Origin: Octopus sinensis | Taxonomy: Eukaryota | Assembly: GCF_006345805.1 (NCBI RefSeq) | Contig: NC_043000.1 | Span: 58,218,001 to 58,282,000, forward strand | DNA length: 64,000 nt | Direction: 5' to 3' | Part shown: positions 63,800 through 64,000 of the stretch, in pieces | Numbering within the stretch: the first letter of the stretch is position 1 | Layout of the letters: each line of letters opens with the position of its first letter | Translations under genes and position numbers: made by a program | The notes under the pieces: model-generated | Databases searched by the model: none | Seen by the model: only the letters and a program-made list of their open reading frames with translations | What the model was told of the DNA's origin: nothing

Positions 63800-63835
63800 T
63801 ATATACTATATATTACTATATATATATATATATAG
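63130..63835. repeat. Long compound (GT)/(TA) microsatellite
   Basis: Directly visible. Confidence 0.97.
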
Positions 63836-63965
63836 AAAAAAGTAAAGAGTGAAAAAACTACAGAAGGCTTAAATGTTAAAAAATATATATATTTGCGTCA
63901 TATGTCTGAAGAATATTAAAATTAAAAAAAAAAAATTTTCTCTCTTATAATGACATAATTTAAAA

Positions 63966-64000
63966 GAAAGACCGGTTTCGTGTGTAGCTTTTCAAATTTC
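63966..64000 (-). ncRNA. Second U3-A8 core hammerhead motif (at window edge)
   Basis: gaaa(u)-UUGAAAA-G(CUACACA)C-GAAAC-CG-GUC-uuuc; same ACCGGU palindrome as 23717; stem II weak. Confidence 0.55.

Overview
Eukaryotic, AT-rich, repeat-saturated DNA. The SINE, microsatellite and Penelope content looks like a coleoid cephalopod, most likely Octopus (inference from repeat style, not a database match). One host gene is supported: the first two coding exons of a secreted leucine-rich-repeat protein that I recognise as peroxidasin-like (exon 1 10922-11100, exon 2 61185-61256, phase-2 junction, 50,084-bp intron). Almost everything else is transposon debris: several tRNA-headed SINE families, two Penelope-like elements (PLEs) of different clades, R4/Dong, RTE and CR1-like LINE fragments, mariner/maT and piggyBac elements with MITEs, a Gypsy gag remnant, long fold-back palindromes and microsatellites. 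The most interesting signal is a dispersed set of about 8-9 minimal type I hammerhead ribozyme (HHR) motifs with palindromic stem III. Two are physically linked to PLE ORFs, two share a covarying U3-A8 core (UUGAAAA), two have very long stem II, one occurs as an inverted pair, and most lie just upstream of a (TA)-rich microsatellite. Four lie in sense orientation within the peroxidasin-like pre-mRNA. All folds were read by eye; activity is untested. Repeat boundaries are approximate unless TIRs or TSDs are quoted.
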